A DNA stretch of 64,000 nucleotides from NCBI RefSeq assembly GCF_964355755.1, contig NC_092673.1, positions 32,423,648 to 32,487,647 on the forward strand. Direction: 5' to 3'. The number at the start of each line of letters is the position of its first letter. Within the stretch, counting starts at the first letter, position 1. This document shows, one piece after another, positions 11,950 to 24,311 of this stretch. The position numbers and the translations under genes are program-made. The DNA comes from Antedon mediterranea. Taxonomy: Eukaryota > Animalia > Echinodermata. The notes under the pieces are model-generated. The model searched no databases. It was given only the letters and a program-made list of their open reading frames with translations, and was not told where the DNA came from.

Positions 11950-14781
11950 TCAAGACAAGCCAGCGTTAGCCCGAAGGATTGCACCAGGGTTGGGGTACGG
12001 CCTACTCTGGAATAAGGGTCCAGTTGCCGTCACGTCAGCTCCTGTTTTAGCATCGTTAGACATTGGCAGACCAGATGACCAGTCACCTCTGAAAAGAAAC
12101 AAACTTACAAAATTAACAAAAAATGTCTCAATTTAGATGGTCAAATCCATACAGCCAAACAATAGAGGGCGAAATAATTTTGAGCTTATTGTCATTTTAT
12201 ATAAGGACGTGTGGCACAGGGTGTTGGGCGTTCGATTACTAATCATGAGGTCGAGGTTCGAATCCAACTCTCGCCACATTGCTTGTATCCTTAGGCAAGA
12301 TACTTTACTTACCTTTGCCTCTCTCCACCCAGGTGTATAAATGGGTACCTGGTTAGATCAAGACACAACTTGGCGCTGATTACTAGCTGCATTATGGGAG
12401 TATGTATACATACGTGTTTTATCCAAACAATTACTAGGGTAATAATGTTTCACATTAGGCGCTATATAAATCCAGAATCTTATTGTCATTTTACCTTGGT
12501 ACATCTGAATAAGATGCAGGGTCCATGGGATCCAGTTCATCATCTCGACTTCTTTTCTTTCGCTGAGAATCTGAAAAAAATTGGCAAAACATTATGTTTG
12601 AAAATAATACTAGTGTAAAAAATAGTTTACAAAAAAGTTTAAAAAACTATAAAAATTAGTAATAATCATTTACACTAACCTCTATTTTGTCTTCCAGGCC
12701 TCTGATAAGGGGCATGTCTTCCCTTTTCACCTTTATCTTTGCCGCTCTGCTGGCCTGGAAAGGCTGGGCCAATTGATGGACCAATCTATACAAGTAAAAC
12801 AAAAACTTATAACTAAGTAGGTACGACTATAAGAGGTTCTGCACAATATAGGAAGATGATGATGTTGGGTCACTCTTCCACGACAAAAAAATATAAATTT
12901 CCCAAAAATATTGGATTGAAAGGATAAAAATTACAATCACATTCCGAATACCAGACTTTCTAGAAAACCAGACATATTTGACCAGCCAAAAGATGTCTGG
13001 TATTAGAAGAGTTGACTGTATTTACTTTTAAATTATTTGATTGTATTTATATGATGGATATTTGATGGGTCTAATGTTGTGATATGTACCTTTGGTGGTT
13101 CTAATCTGTCCCGGACTCCTTCATTTTGATTGTTTTGGGGTACTCTATCCAACGAGGAATCCCAGCGTGTTGTCACTTCCTTCTTTCTTGTCACTTCTTT
13201 TGTTTTCTCATTTTCTGCACTTGATACAGCCTCAGTTATAACAGCTTTTGGATCTAAAAAAAAAAAAATTTACCATAGAGACCCAAAAATTTAGGGTAAA
13301 AGCAGGAGGAATAGGTTTACACCAGAAGACTATTAATGTACAGTGTTTTGCCATATATATGCATACATCAGGAATTACACCAGAGTCCATAAGCAAGGAA
13401 GGATTTTTTCACCCTACATAGCACTATTAACTAGAGCCATGCCCATTCCTAGTCCTACAGCCTTCATAAAAAATGTCATAACACTATTAATACAGTAACA
13501 TACTGTAGCAAATTACTATTTAAAAACCGACAAACTTCTTATGGGTTCACATCACAGGTCTCATCAACTGGAAAGTAATATTGGGAGAAGTAGAGTATGT
13601 GCTTTCTAGTTACCTTTATGTTTCAAATACTTACCTAGTGGATGTAACCATGATACCTTATCTGTATCCGAGTCCCAGAAGTAGTGGTAGCCACTAAAAT
13701 GTATAAAAGAAATGTTTTATTAAAATTATCGGTCAAACTTGGTTCCAAATAGAGACACAACTTACTGGGACGAAAGCACAATCTTACTGAATTGACCAAT
13801 CACAAGCAATAGATTATTCAAACCTTTGCTTGTCATTGGTCGTTTGAGTTGCGTCTACAGTATGTAGTGGAAACCAAACCTTAATAGGGACGTTGATTGA
13901 CAATGTAGGAGATTTGATACCACCAGTTGGAAATTCTTTCATATAGGAATTCTTTGAGAGTCTTGATGCAAATTTTGTTGTTGTTACGATTTCAACACAT
14001 ATTTCTCAACTCAGCTAGCTAGGCTATACCATTACCATGATAGTTACTCTAACTGCTGAGGACAATCAAGAATATTGATCGGAATGGAAAGACATTATTA
14101 AAGAACAGTTTTACACACAAAACTACATCTGCCATGTACCGCAAACTTTATATCATCACATATTATACTTACGATGTTGGGTCTTTTATTCGAAACCATC
14201 CTGGTGGTAATTTATCATTTGAGAGTTCTTTTGAAGATGGGTGGTTAGTATTCAAGACATCGTCACCTGAGTAGTCTGCAGCAATAATCTCTTCGTCATC
14301 AGAAGCTGGTGAAGAAAAGTACCTATGTTTATTTTGATAGAGCTGCCAGTGCAGTACTGCAGTGTGTCTGAAACGGCCGCCAACATTTTCTAGGCCTACT
14401 ACTAGGCCTAGAGACCTTTACTCTAGTTAGCCTTACTAAGGCTTAGTTAGGCCGGTAGCCAACTACTAACTAAAAGGGTTCCTACTAGCCTATACTAAGT
14501 CTACTAGGCCTAGGCCTAGCTAGGCCTCTAGGCCTACTCTAGTAGGAGGGCCTAGCCTAGCTAGCTAGAGGCCTACCTAGGCCTACCCTAGTCTCCTAGA
14601 TAATAACTTTAGTTAGGCCTAATAAAGGGAGTATTAACCTGAATTTATAAATTAAAAGTGTACTTTGGTTATCCATTAATCTTAATGTACAAAAAATACC
14701 TTCATTTCGGGGCTCTATTTGAATGATTCCTCGCTTTTTCAAGCGAGCTGCCAACGCCGGTGGTAACCTTGAGGCCGCCAT
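11950..14781 (-). CDS. PQBP1: Polyglutamine-binding protein 1 ortholog, 7 exons, 252 aa
   Basis: Exons 14781-14700, 14305-14173, 13693-13635, 13253-13090, 12785-12680, 12570-12495, 12088-11950; all GT-AG and phase-consistent. [15 protein letters not shown]-terminus, [10 protein letters not shown] domain (LPPGW..GYHYFWD...VSWLHP), [17 protein letters not shown] and C-terminal [19 protein letters not shown]. Confidence 0.95.
12200..12478 (+). mobile_element. tRNA-derived SINE with 15-bp TSD in PQBP1 intron 6
   Basis: A-box-like gtggcacaggg, B-box ggttcgaatcc, conserved SINE core ctctccacccaggtgtataaatgggtacc, tail gcgctatataaat. TSD cttattgtcatttta at 12185-12199 and 12479-12493. Confidence 0.88.
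14388..14622. repeat. Low-complexity (taggccta/ctag) palindromic tract in PQBP1 intron 1
   Basis: Dense aggcct and ctag words. Confidence 0.75.
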
Positions 14782-15635
14782 GTTTGTTATGTTTGTATTG
14801 CGCCCTCATACGCATGACATTATTTCAAGCATGCGCAAACAAAAAGTTGGTAGAAGTATTATTTAAAGCGTGTTAAACTGAAAAAATAATGAAAGTTCAT
14901 TCATTAATCCAGGATTTGATTGTTGCCGTCATAATTAAGACTTTTCGGTCTAGTACTACCGACCGCAGATTAATTAAAAGGTCATTATTGAATCCCCAAT
15001 AACATCGTTCCTGTTCTTTTAACAATAAAATTAAGATGTTAAAAATGGCCATTTAATAATTAAACATAATTTAAATCTAAATTTAAATCCATTAACTATT
15101 AAATCCTTATTTTATCCGATATATTTCGTTTTATCTTCGATAATCAATCTATCGATTTCCTCGCAGAATTTGTATCACATATTCTAAGCACACTGCCGTT
15201 TATAACTCTAATGCACAAATGAATATTTCTTATTGAAGTTAAGTAAGCATACTTAATAACTGTATTTGAGTGAACTGCCGGTGTTTTTCTGATGTTCATG
15301 ATATTTCATTAATGTTACTTTGTATGACGATAAGACAAAGAATCAGCAAAATATGTTGATATTGCTAAATAATACTTCGAAAACGGCTACAATGCTCCTT
15401 AGTTTTTATCCCTATATGAAAATTCAGTTTATGAGGTATTTTAAATTGATGTCCTTCAATAATGGCTTGTAGAGATTTGATTAAGAGGAACGTTGCATGC
15501 TGCACCCGTGTAGGCCTACTAATATTGTCGTATCGACTTATAAATAATGAAAAGCATCCGTTAAAAGATTATATGAATTACCTATACTGATCAGATAATA
15601 GATGAACTTTAATCAAGGTTATAGCTTAAGATGCC

Positions 15636-15641
15636 TATAAA
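15636..15641 (+). promoter_or_regulatory. Candidate TATA box of Spaetzle-like gene 1
   Basis: tataaa about 100 bp upstream of the ATG. Paralogs have tataaaa at the equivalent place (26186, ~32262). Confidence 0.55.
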
Positions 15642-15737
15642 TTGAGGTAACTTTCCCCGTTGGAGTGCATTTCTCAACTCAAACGACTGACGCCAGTATT
15701 CAGATTCAGAAGAGACAGTACGCCCAGATACACAATA

Positions 15738-18700
15738 ATGTTCAACAGCAACGCATTGGTAAGTGTTTGGAACCAAAAATGCACATATTTTATATGCCGT
15801 TAGAGCTAGAGCTCAACAGAAATGGAACATGTTGAAGATCTCTCTTCTCATGGTCTCAAGATCATGCAAGTTTTTGATCCATCCATCTTAGACATCACTG
15901 ACGATGAACTGGTTCAGCGCTTTATGGTGATGATATGAGTATTGCCTCTGTATATCTTGATTTTCAAGTTTTATTCTTTCCTCCATGATCAAGTTTCAAT
16001 TCTGACTATCTCATAATTGTGCATTTATTGCAAAGAGCTAAAGTATCTATACACATAAAAGCGACAGATATGGAAGTTTCTCACCAAAAGAGATAAGTCA
16101 GCAGCAGGTAATTAATGAGTTAATAATGTATGGTAACATTGTTATTTTATAATTATTCATTATTAATTTTAATTTCAGATTCTAGTAAGCTTGGCTCTGT
16201 TTCCAGTAGCACTTACTTACAAGCCAATTGATAAACTAAGCAAGGTGCCACCAGAAGGCGAGGCTTCGCTGATTCCAATCTGCCGCAGTAACATAGCTTC
16301 AGAGGCGTCAAAGGATCAGAAAAAAGATATTATAGATAAATTTGGAGCACCTCCGACTGAAGACGAGGAGTTGGCATTAGGACAAGACCCTACTGATTTG
16401 AAGAAAAAAAGGTAGGCCTAGATGAGATAATATTCAAGTTTAACACATCTTCATTATCAAAATAATGAACTGTTGGTTTGAGGTACTAAGAAAATGAACG
16501 TGTACCGGCGGTCACATGTGGGAAAATATCTTTGAATTACAGTATATCATGCCTACTCAAAAAGGCCAATCACTATAAATACAATCTACTTCGTTTCTTT
16601 GAGTTCCTTGCGTTCATTATATTTATATGTTTCTGGTTTGCTTGCTTTAGAGATGCTGTTGTCCTTCATCCGTACAAGTTATATTCGGACGTCTGTCCAG
16701 AAGTAAAAAAATCCTCCCTCCTCTACTACGCACAAAACAGCGCTGGTCAATGGGTCAAGCTTTTACAGACATCTTGGTACAAACAGTACTTTAACACTAA
16801 CTATTGCAAGTAAGTTTAATTAGATAAATAGTAAGCACGTTTAAAGCTCTGTCTACAAACTAGTTTTACAAAACAAGTGTTATATGCCCAATTATGGTAG
16901 TGATATGCTTAAATATGGTAGTGATATGACATCATCATGTCCATATATGAGGCGCTCCAGCTCAAAAACGGCGCTGTGTCGCAATAGACCAACCTATGTA
17001 ATAACTATCACAAAGTTCAATTTCAGCGAATTTGAAAAAAATTTCAATTTTATTTTTTTTACATAATATGAATTATTGATATGTGTTTTACCTACCCACG
17101 AAGTCTTATTATGAACCAATAAATATAAATGTGTTAAATTCCGTAATCTTTGAAGTGTGTTTCTTTTAAAATATCTGAAAACAAAAATGTACAGTGCCCG
17201 AACGACAATAAAATACTCCATTTTCGCTAGAAGTATCATCGGCTTTCTCCTTCACAAACTCCGCCATGTTTGGTATCGGCAGAAAGCTTAGATTTTATTC
17301 TATCTAACCCTGCCCTTGATTCGTTGGATAAATATTATTCTAACCAATTAAACATCGTCTTATTGCCGTCTTGTTGTTGCTATCTTGCCCAAACAAATCT
17401 GTAAAAACTACGTTGCTGATTGGTCAATTTTCATTACATCATTACTGAGCATGCGCATTTGCTATTTTTACGCTTCGATCTGGCAATCGCGCCTGCGCGA
17501 AGTAGATCGAACAACACATGTTCCAGGGAAATTCTTACGAAAACATACTTTCTTCATTCATCTAGCGATAACTATTATTATATTACTGATTTTTCGCAAT
17601 ACGTTCGTAATGTCTCGGAAGGACCCGCCTAAGGAAATTCTAGATGCGTTAAATGGTGCCAATGATTTTGGTTTTAATAATGAGGATGCTGAAGTAATGC
17701 ACTTGTCAATTGTATGACGCACTATACGACCCCCGGGAGTGGTGCGTCATGGGTGCGTCATTTACAAATAAATAATGACACAGGGGTGCGTCAAAGAACC
17801 CAAATGGTGCGTCGCCTCAATGTTCAATGGTGCGTCAATGTCCGTCACTTTACCACCGACCCGCGCCACCCAAAAAGCCTGAAAACAAGGCCTTGACGAT
17901 CGCGGAGGGGCGGCCAGGTTGTACATTGTCACGCTTGAGAGCGTCATCACTCGCGCCCTCTATCGGCCAAACTGGAAAATGACATAATATTTGTATTATA
18001 AATAGCCGTTCCAATCTTTGTGTGATTGTGTGATCGCGCGAGAACGTTCCTAGCCGGCCTAATTAACATCGATCGACAACCCTGGCGCGCCTCCATATAG
18101 CACCAGACACGCGTATTAGTTTGAGATTTTTGATATAACACTGCATGCACTGCAGTAGTCGGGGTCAAAAATCGTCAGTGAAGGTACGTCAAAAAGACAG
18201 TCATGGTGCGTCATAATTCACTAAAAGGTCCGTCAATAATTTAAAAATAGGTGCGTCATTGTCTAGTAAAGGTAAGTCACTTTTTTGACGCAGGGGTGCG
18301 TCATGGTATACAAAGGTATGACTCACATCGGACAAATGACGCACCTCTCCCGGGGGTCGTATAGTGCGTCATACAATTGACAAGTGCATAATTCAGCAAT
18401 ACTTTGAAGATTACTTCGGAGACAACGTCAATAAAGATGAAGATGACAGCAGTGACACTGATGATGATGATGATGATGATAACGTTTTCGAATACCAGAG
18501 TGACGGTGATTCCTCATCTCAACCAACTCATGATGACCAACTAGGCCTAGGCCTTTTTGCTGACGATGACGAAGTAGAGAATGGCCATCCGAGGCCTGTT
18601 ATCCAGAGGGTAGATGTCCTTAGATGTAATGAAATGCCTCTGTAAGTACATTTTATTTTTTCTTGTATGTAAACTTAAATCCGTCTTGTCACATTAAATG

Positions 18701-21700
18701 TTAATTATCACTATGAAGAAATGATATAACTTTAACTTTATATTATTAATATTACTAGCTAGGCTAGGCCTATGGTCTACTAATTCAATAAATTAGTTGA
18801 GGTAAAATAAAGTCAACTTAGGCCTAGGTTAATTAAAAATTTCAATAAGCAAATTTGATTTTTACAAATACATTCATGCTTGTTTGTTAAATTAAACTGT
18901 CCGTATTTGTTTTTCTTTAGTTGTGACAAAACTGCCGATTGGTGTAACATTCAAAATGACGAAGAACTGCAGAAAATCCGATCATTCAAACGCTGCAGAT
19001 GTGGTAATGGACCCGACAAAAACGTTTGCCTAAAACAATTTGAGGAAGAATTTATTTTACAAAGGCGTGCTGAAATGTGTGAGCTCAGTAATGTAGAACG
19101 AAAAATGTTCATCATGGGGCACATAAGTAGAAGCATTAACAGAGGACAAACCACGAACTGTACCAAGCGAAAGGCCCAAAAACAAAGAACAAGAACAAGT
19201 TGTACATACAAAGTTGATGGTTTTAAAGTTTGTCGACAAGCCTTTGAGTTTTTGCATTGGTAAGTGTTGTTAAAAAACAATAAACTGTTTAAAATTGTTT
19301 TTGCATTGCATACAATTGTGAATAATAATAATATCGTGAAAAATAAAATTAGACCATCTTAAAAAATAATTTCAATGTACGGTACTAAACAATAAATTTA
19401 ACTTGTGCCAGTGTATGTTTTATGGACAATTATAATCCAAAAACGAGAGGTACTGTATTACTATTAGCTTGTTTATACGAGTCACCAAACCAGATGAATG
19501 GCTTTGTTATATTGGAATCTGTGTTCTTTATTTTTTCTGTCCAGCATACAATGGACTTTGTTGTTGCTCTGAATACGCCCGGTCTAAAACAATAGTCCTT
19601 TATGTTCCCGGCTAAGAAATGTATATTTTCTTTTGTATTATTATGTTTGTTTTTTCTTGTAGCATCTCTAATTGTCAGTTGACTGCAATATGCAAGCATT
19701 TTAAGGAAAATGGAGTAACACCACCACGAAAAAACTCTGGTGGTCGGAACAAAACAGCCTTATCGCACAGTGATGTCAAGCATGTAGTGACATTTCTAGA
19801 AACATATGCAGAGAGAAATGGTTATGCCTTGCCGGGTAAAACTATGGGAGTGCGTTGCGATGACTCCAGGATGAGACTGTTACCAACTTGTAAGACAAAG
19901 AAAGCAATATTCAAAGTGTATGAGCAGCAAATGATTGAAGTTAACAGACGTAGGACAATGGCAGGTAATAAATATTCTAATAATAAAAACGAATTTACTG
20001 TCAATTCTAGCAGTTCTTAATTAATCAGATTTTTATAATTATAATGAATCATGAATCATAATCTGCTGCACCTCCATGTGAAATTTTCTTTTACTATAAA
20101 TACCCTTAACCTGCTTCTTTCTTATTTATAGGTCATATTCCTCTGCGGTTTGCAAGAAAAAGTTCATTTTATAAGATGTGGAAGGAGTACTGTCCGTACA
20201 TAAAAATTACAAAACCGAAAAGTGACCTATGTTGGGTATGCCAGAAAAACAATTCAGCTGTTTTCCACAGTGCAAATAGCAGTGATCAATCTAAACGTGA
20301 ACGGTAAGTTTTTGATTTGGTTTGTTATACAAGAACAAAACATTATGCATCTAAAGAAGAAAATATAGTGCTGTGCTGGTATCCTCCGCCCATGTCATGC
20401 TTACTTTTTTTTTCTTCACTTTTAGCAACAAACTAAAGATCGGAACAGAAACACTTAGTGTGAACCTACCCTAAAAAAAAAATTTGTTGTATACCTCTAT
20501 AACTTTGTTTTCATTTTCTATAGACTGGCCAATCAACTTGATCATTTGGATAAAGTCAGTAAAGAAAGAGCATTCTATAGAAGTAATGTTTTGGATGCAA
20601 AAGCAAATTTGAAAGGTGAAACTTTAGGGATTCATGCTCCATCTTCAAGGAAAATGAAAAGTCATTACAGTTTTGACTTTGCGCAGCAGGTACTTTATCC
20701 ATCTGATCCAGATCAACCTGGCCCAATTTATTTCATTACCCAGCGCAAATGTGGCATTTTTGGTGTTGCTGCAGAAGGCCTAGGAAAACAAGTGAACTAT
20801 TTAATTGACGAAGGAAGTCAAGCATCTAAAGGCGCAAACAGCGTCATAAGTTATTTACATCATTTTTTTGCTACATATGGCCTTGGAGAAACTGAATGTC
20901 AACTGAACTGTGACAATTGTAGTGGCCAGAACAAGAATAACTACCTTTTGTGGTACCTAAGCTGGCGCTGTATGCACAACCTACATGCATCATTGGCATT
21001 GCATTTCATGATAGCCGGCCACACAAAGTTTTCACCGGATTGGGCATTCGGACTTCTGAAGCAGCGTTACTTTCGATGTTTCGTTAGTTCACTTACAGAC
21101 ATGGAAGATGTTGTGCATACAAGTTCTACGACGGGTGTGAACATTCCCCAACTTGTTGCAAATGAAGGAGGGAAGGTATTTGTTAAAGCATATGACTGGA
21201 ATTCTTTCCTATCACCGTATTTTAGGAAATTGCCTAATATCTTAAAGATGCACCACATCCGATTCTCGTCAGAAAATCCTGGAATGGTGTATTACAAGGA
21301 GTATATTGATACGCCAGAACAAAGCCTACAGTTGCTCAAGAATGTAAACAACATACCGCCACTTATTTTACCAGAACCCATTCCATACCCTGGTTTATCA
21401 TTAAAAAGGCAATCATACCTCTATGACTCGGTACGAGAGTTTTGTAAATTTGAGGCAAGAGATATTGTGTGTCCCGCTCCAAGCGAGTAGAGGTCCTGTC
21501 GCAATAATGTTGTAGAGTTAAAAATCTTGTTTAGCAATTTATTTATTTGCAATAAAATTTATTTAGATTTTAAATGACAGTTGCGGCAATTTTAACTGGT
21601 CAAATATTTTAATTTTTATTTGTTTGTATTTTAATGTGCAATCTATTCACTTTTCTATTAAATGAAATTTTTGGACGATCATACTGGTTTAACTTTTTTA

Positions 21701-22832
21701 ACAGGGCAATGACTTTAATGGCAATTTATTAATATACTTTTATTTATACTTTCATTTTATACTTTCATTTTATACAGTAATTCAAAAATGTGTATATAAA
21801 TTTTCTCAGTGTCATGCTTTGTCAACTTTCATTTTGTTGGCATTCAGTTGTGAAAATACTGTTTTTGAAAATGATAATGTTGAAATAAATTAATGATTTT
21901 AACAACTAATGTTCTTTATTATATTTTTATTGTGTGTGCAAAATTTCTTTAGAATCAGACAATGGGAACTTTACTGTTGCTATGGTGTTTTGACTGTCCT
22001 TTTCCAAAACCAGCACAGTTTACGCTCTGTTGATTTCAAATTCGTTTTCCTCTAAAACCTGGATTTCCTTTTTGTGAAAGTGCTGTTTAGTTTTTGACTT
22101 ATAACTTTGGATAGGTTCAACTAAATTTAATGTATGATATATCATTGTAAAGCTTAATATGTAAAGAATATGAATTTATAAAAAGATAGGAATAAAAAAA
22201 ATTGATCTGGATGCTGATTTTGAGCTGGAGCGCCTCATATGATCACATTTGTTGCCACATAAGTTTGATAGTGTAGACAGAGCTTTACAGAGTCAGATTT
22301 CTTATTTGCATTGTATTTTTTTCTGTTGACAGTTGTTTATGAATATTGTAATTGATATAAATAAATATTGTTGATGAATCAATGTGTATACATTAGTAAA
22401 ATGCCGTATGTATCCATACAAAACGGCAAAGAGTCTGTTAATCCAGGTATGGATTCTAATCTGGGTGGATCTCGCTATTTTGTTTGTGTGCTGAAGGGGA
22501 TGGGAGTTGAGGAAGTGTGGTCTGGTATGAACCAGTAATTGCTATTCAGTCAATTGAAATAATACTCTTATTTTTCTTCTAGATATAAAACCTGCCAATC
22601 TTCTTACGGAAGTCCTGCGATCAAAAATGGCAGATGCTTCCAGAAATACAACTACGTAAGAGCTCTCGTATACAGGCCTCATTCATGTGGTTGGGGATAC
22701 AACGTCTTCCAGTGGCAGAATATCCGCGTACCATCTTGCTGTTCCTGCCGTATCTATAACATTTATCCAATAGATCCAATAGGACCAATAGAGCCAATAG
22801 GACCAATAGACGACCTAAAACATGCTGAATAA
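15738..22832 (+). CDS. Spaetzle-like secreted cystine-knot protein 1, 4 exons, 220 aa
   Basis: Exons 15738-15758, 16179-16411, 16651-16809, 22583-22832. Signal peptide MFNSNALILVSLALFPVALT, prodomain ending KKKR, then DVCP..YYAQNSAGQWVKLLQ...QYF...C..C...C.Q.Y...IRVPSCCSC. Confidence 0.85.
17610..21490 (+). CDS. Sola-type DDD transposase, 5 exons, ~705 aa, exon 1 interrupted by a MITE
   Basis: Exons 17610-17697+18392-18641, 18921-19259, 19663-19964, 20132-20303, 20524-21490, phase-consistent with no stops. Motifs PKSDLCWVC, SFDFAQQ..YP...QPGPIYF, KGANSVIS, DNCSGQNKN, GHTKFSPD. Confidence 0.88.
17698..18388. mobile_element. 691-bp MITE with TAA TSD (PIF/Harbinger-type)
   Basis: 42-bp perfect TIR tgcacttgtcaattgtatgacgcactatacgacccccgggag (53 bp with one mismatch). 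taa at 17695-17697 and 18389-18391. About 10 internal gtgcgtca-like motifs. Confidence 0.92.
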
Positions 22833-24000
22833 TCATATTACTCTCAAAGAAACATTTTCCACTTACAACTATAACTAACACTATTTTTGTTATGTTTAAA
22901 AAAAGGCACAATACAACCAGGAACAGAACATACTTATATAACAAATATGTGATAACTTCAAATGTTGTTTTGTTTAACTTTAAATTATTTAATAATATTG
23001 CTGTATTCGTGGCAATAGCATTTGAAAAGTAATAAAAGTCCTCTCGTTCCTAGGAAACTACTTTAAGCGTGAGGACAAATATATATATATACCTTTACCT
23101 CTAGTAAACAAATATTTCAAAGAAACAAACAATACATACGCCTACTGACATACTACTGACTCCAAATAATGAGAGGCACGCCCACTCATTATCTGCTTTT
23201 CCTACGGTATATTATTTAACAGCTTTTTGTATTTTAACACATATGTTGACAACTAATGTTGAATAAATATTAACGATTTAATGTATTTGTAATCTTCTGG
23301 TGTTTTTCTATAAGAGTACTGATTGAACAGATATTGTATGGTATAATTATATAAAGACAATATAAGAGGTATTCGATATAAAAAAAGTTGACAGCACTAT
23401 GAGATGAAGATAACGATATAAAGACAATTTGCTGATGATGTTGATGATGCTGATGATACACGACGATGGTGAAAATACTGATAACCTGCTTATGTTTGTG
23501 TGGTTGGTTGTGTGTAAAAAGTACGGCCCAATTCTAGGCTTAAAATATAAAAGAGTTATTATTTCTAGAATCTGAATACAACGTGTATCGTGTAAAAATT
23601 GACTCTCATAAAGCCTAGAAATTGAATAAAAAAAAATAAAGCATAGGGCTTACATCAATAATAATTAATAATCAATAAACAAGTTTTATACATTATATAT
23701 ATTTATACAATTTTATCTGGTAAGCAATTCAATTTAATATAGAGAATGCTTATGTAGACACTAACACAATAACAAACCATCCTCCCATAAACAGACAAAC
23801 ATGGAAACAAATTGTGGAAAGCGTAATGTCGGAAGACGGAAAACGTTAATAAGAAGAGAAGGAAGAATGCTTATCAATTAATACTGTATGTACAATAAAA
23901 AGAGAAAAAGAATAAAAGGGATACATACAATATAATTGATCAAAACAAGAGTGGTTACTTACACAGGCAATAACATATTTTAAAAAGACACTTTAAAAAA

Positions 24001-24119
24001 AACAAGGTCATGCATTGCTGTAGTCGCGTGCTCAAATTTGAGTTAGTGTTTACCGACCGATCAACCGACCGACATAGTGAGCTGTATATAGTGTACGTAC
24101 GCGTTTGTACGCAACTAAA
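24001..24119 (-). mobile_element. HINE/DINE-like element, reverse copy
   Basis: Reverse-complement match to 2938-3057. Confidence 0.6.
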
Positions 24120-24311
24120 GGAATTCATTCAAGGTGAATGCTATTTTTATTTAAACTTTATTGAAGAAAAAAAAAATCTAATCTGGGTGTACTGTGGTGA
24201 TTGTCTGAAAAAGGGGACATACTGAATGATATATTTTCCCGAAAGAGTTTCTCTCAACATTCCAGACTTTTTTCAAGATAACCGATATTTCCTATTATAT
24301 AGTTGAATCTA

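Larger units (their letters stand above)
16949..22236 (+). mobile_element. Sola-superfamily (probably Sola2) DNA transposon, 5288 bp
   Basis: Perfect 19-bp TIR gaggcgctccagctcaaaa, GAG..CTC termini, 4-bp TSD atat (16945-16948 and 22237-22240), internal transposase. Confidence 0.88.
16842..22287. mobile_element. Family A MITE split by the Sola insertion (halves 16842-16948 and 22237-22287)
   Basis: taaagctctgtctac at the left and gtagacagagcttta at the right; the halves join into the normal core at atat. Confidence 0.85.

Noticed and set aside
12205-12280. tRNA gene
   Set aside because: It continues into a SINE body with TSDs and lacks a proper cloverleaf.
16070-16117. Alternative first exon for Spaetzle-like 1
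   Set aside because: The ATG frame hits TAA before the donor; the 15738 exon matches the paralogs' 7-codon exon.
17700-18386. CACTA/EnSpm classification of the inner MITE
   Set aside because: With CAC...GTG ends the flanks do not form a duplication; TGCAC ends with a TAA TSD restore the host frame exactly.
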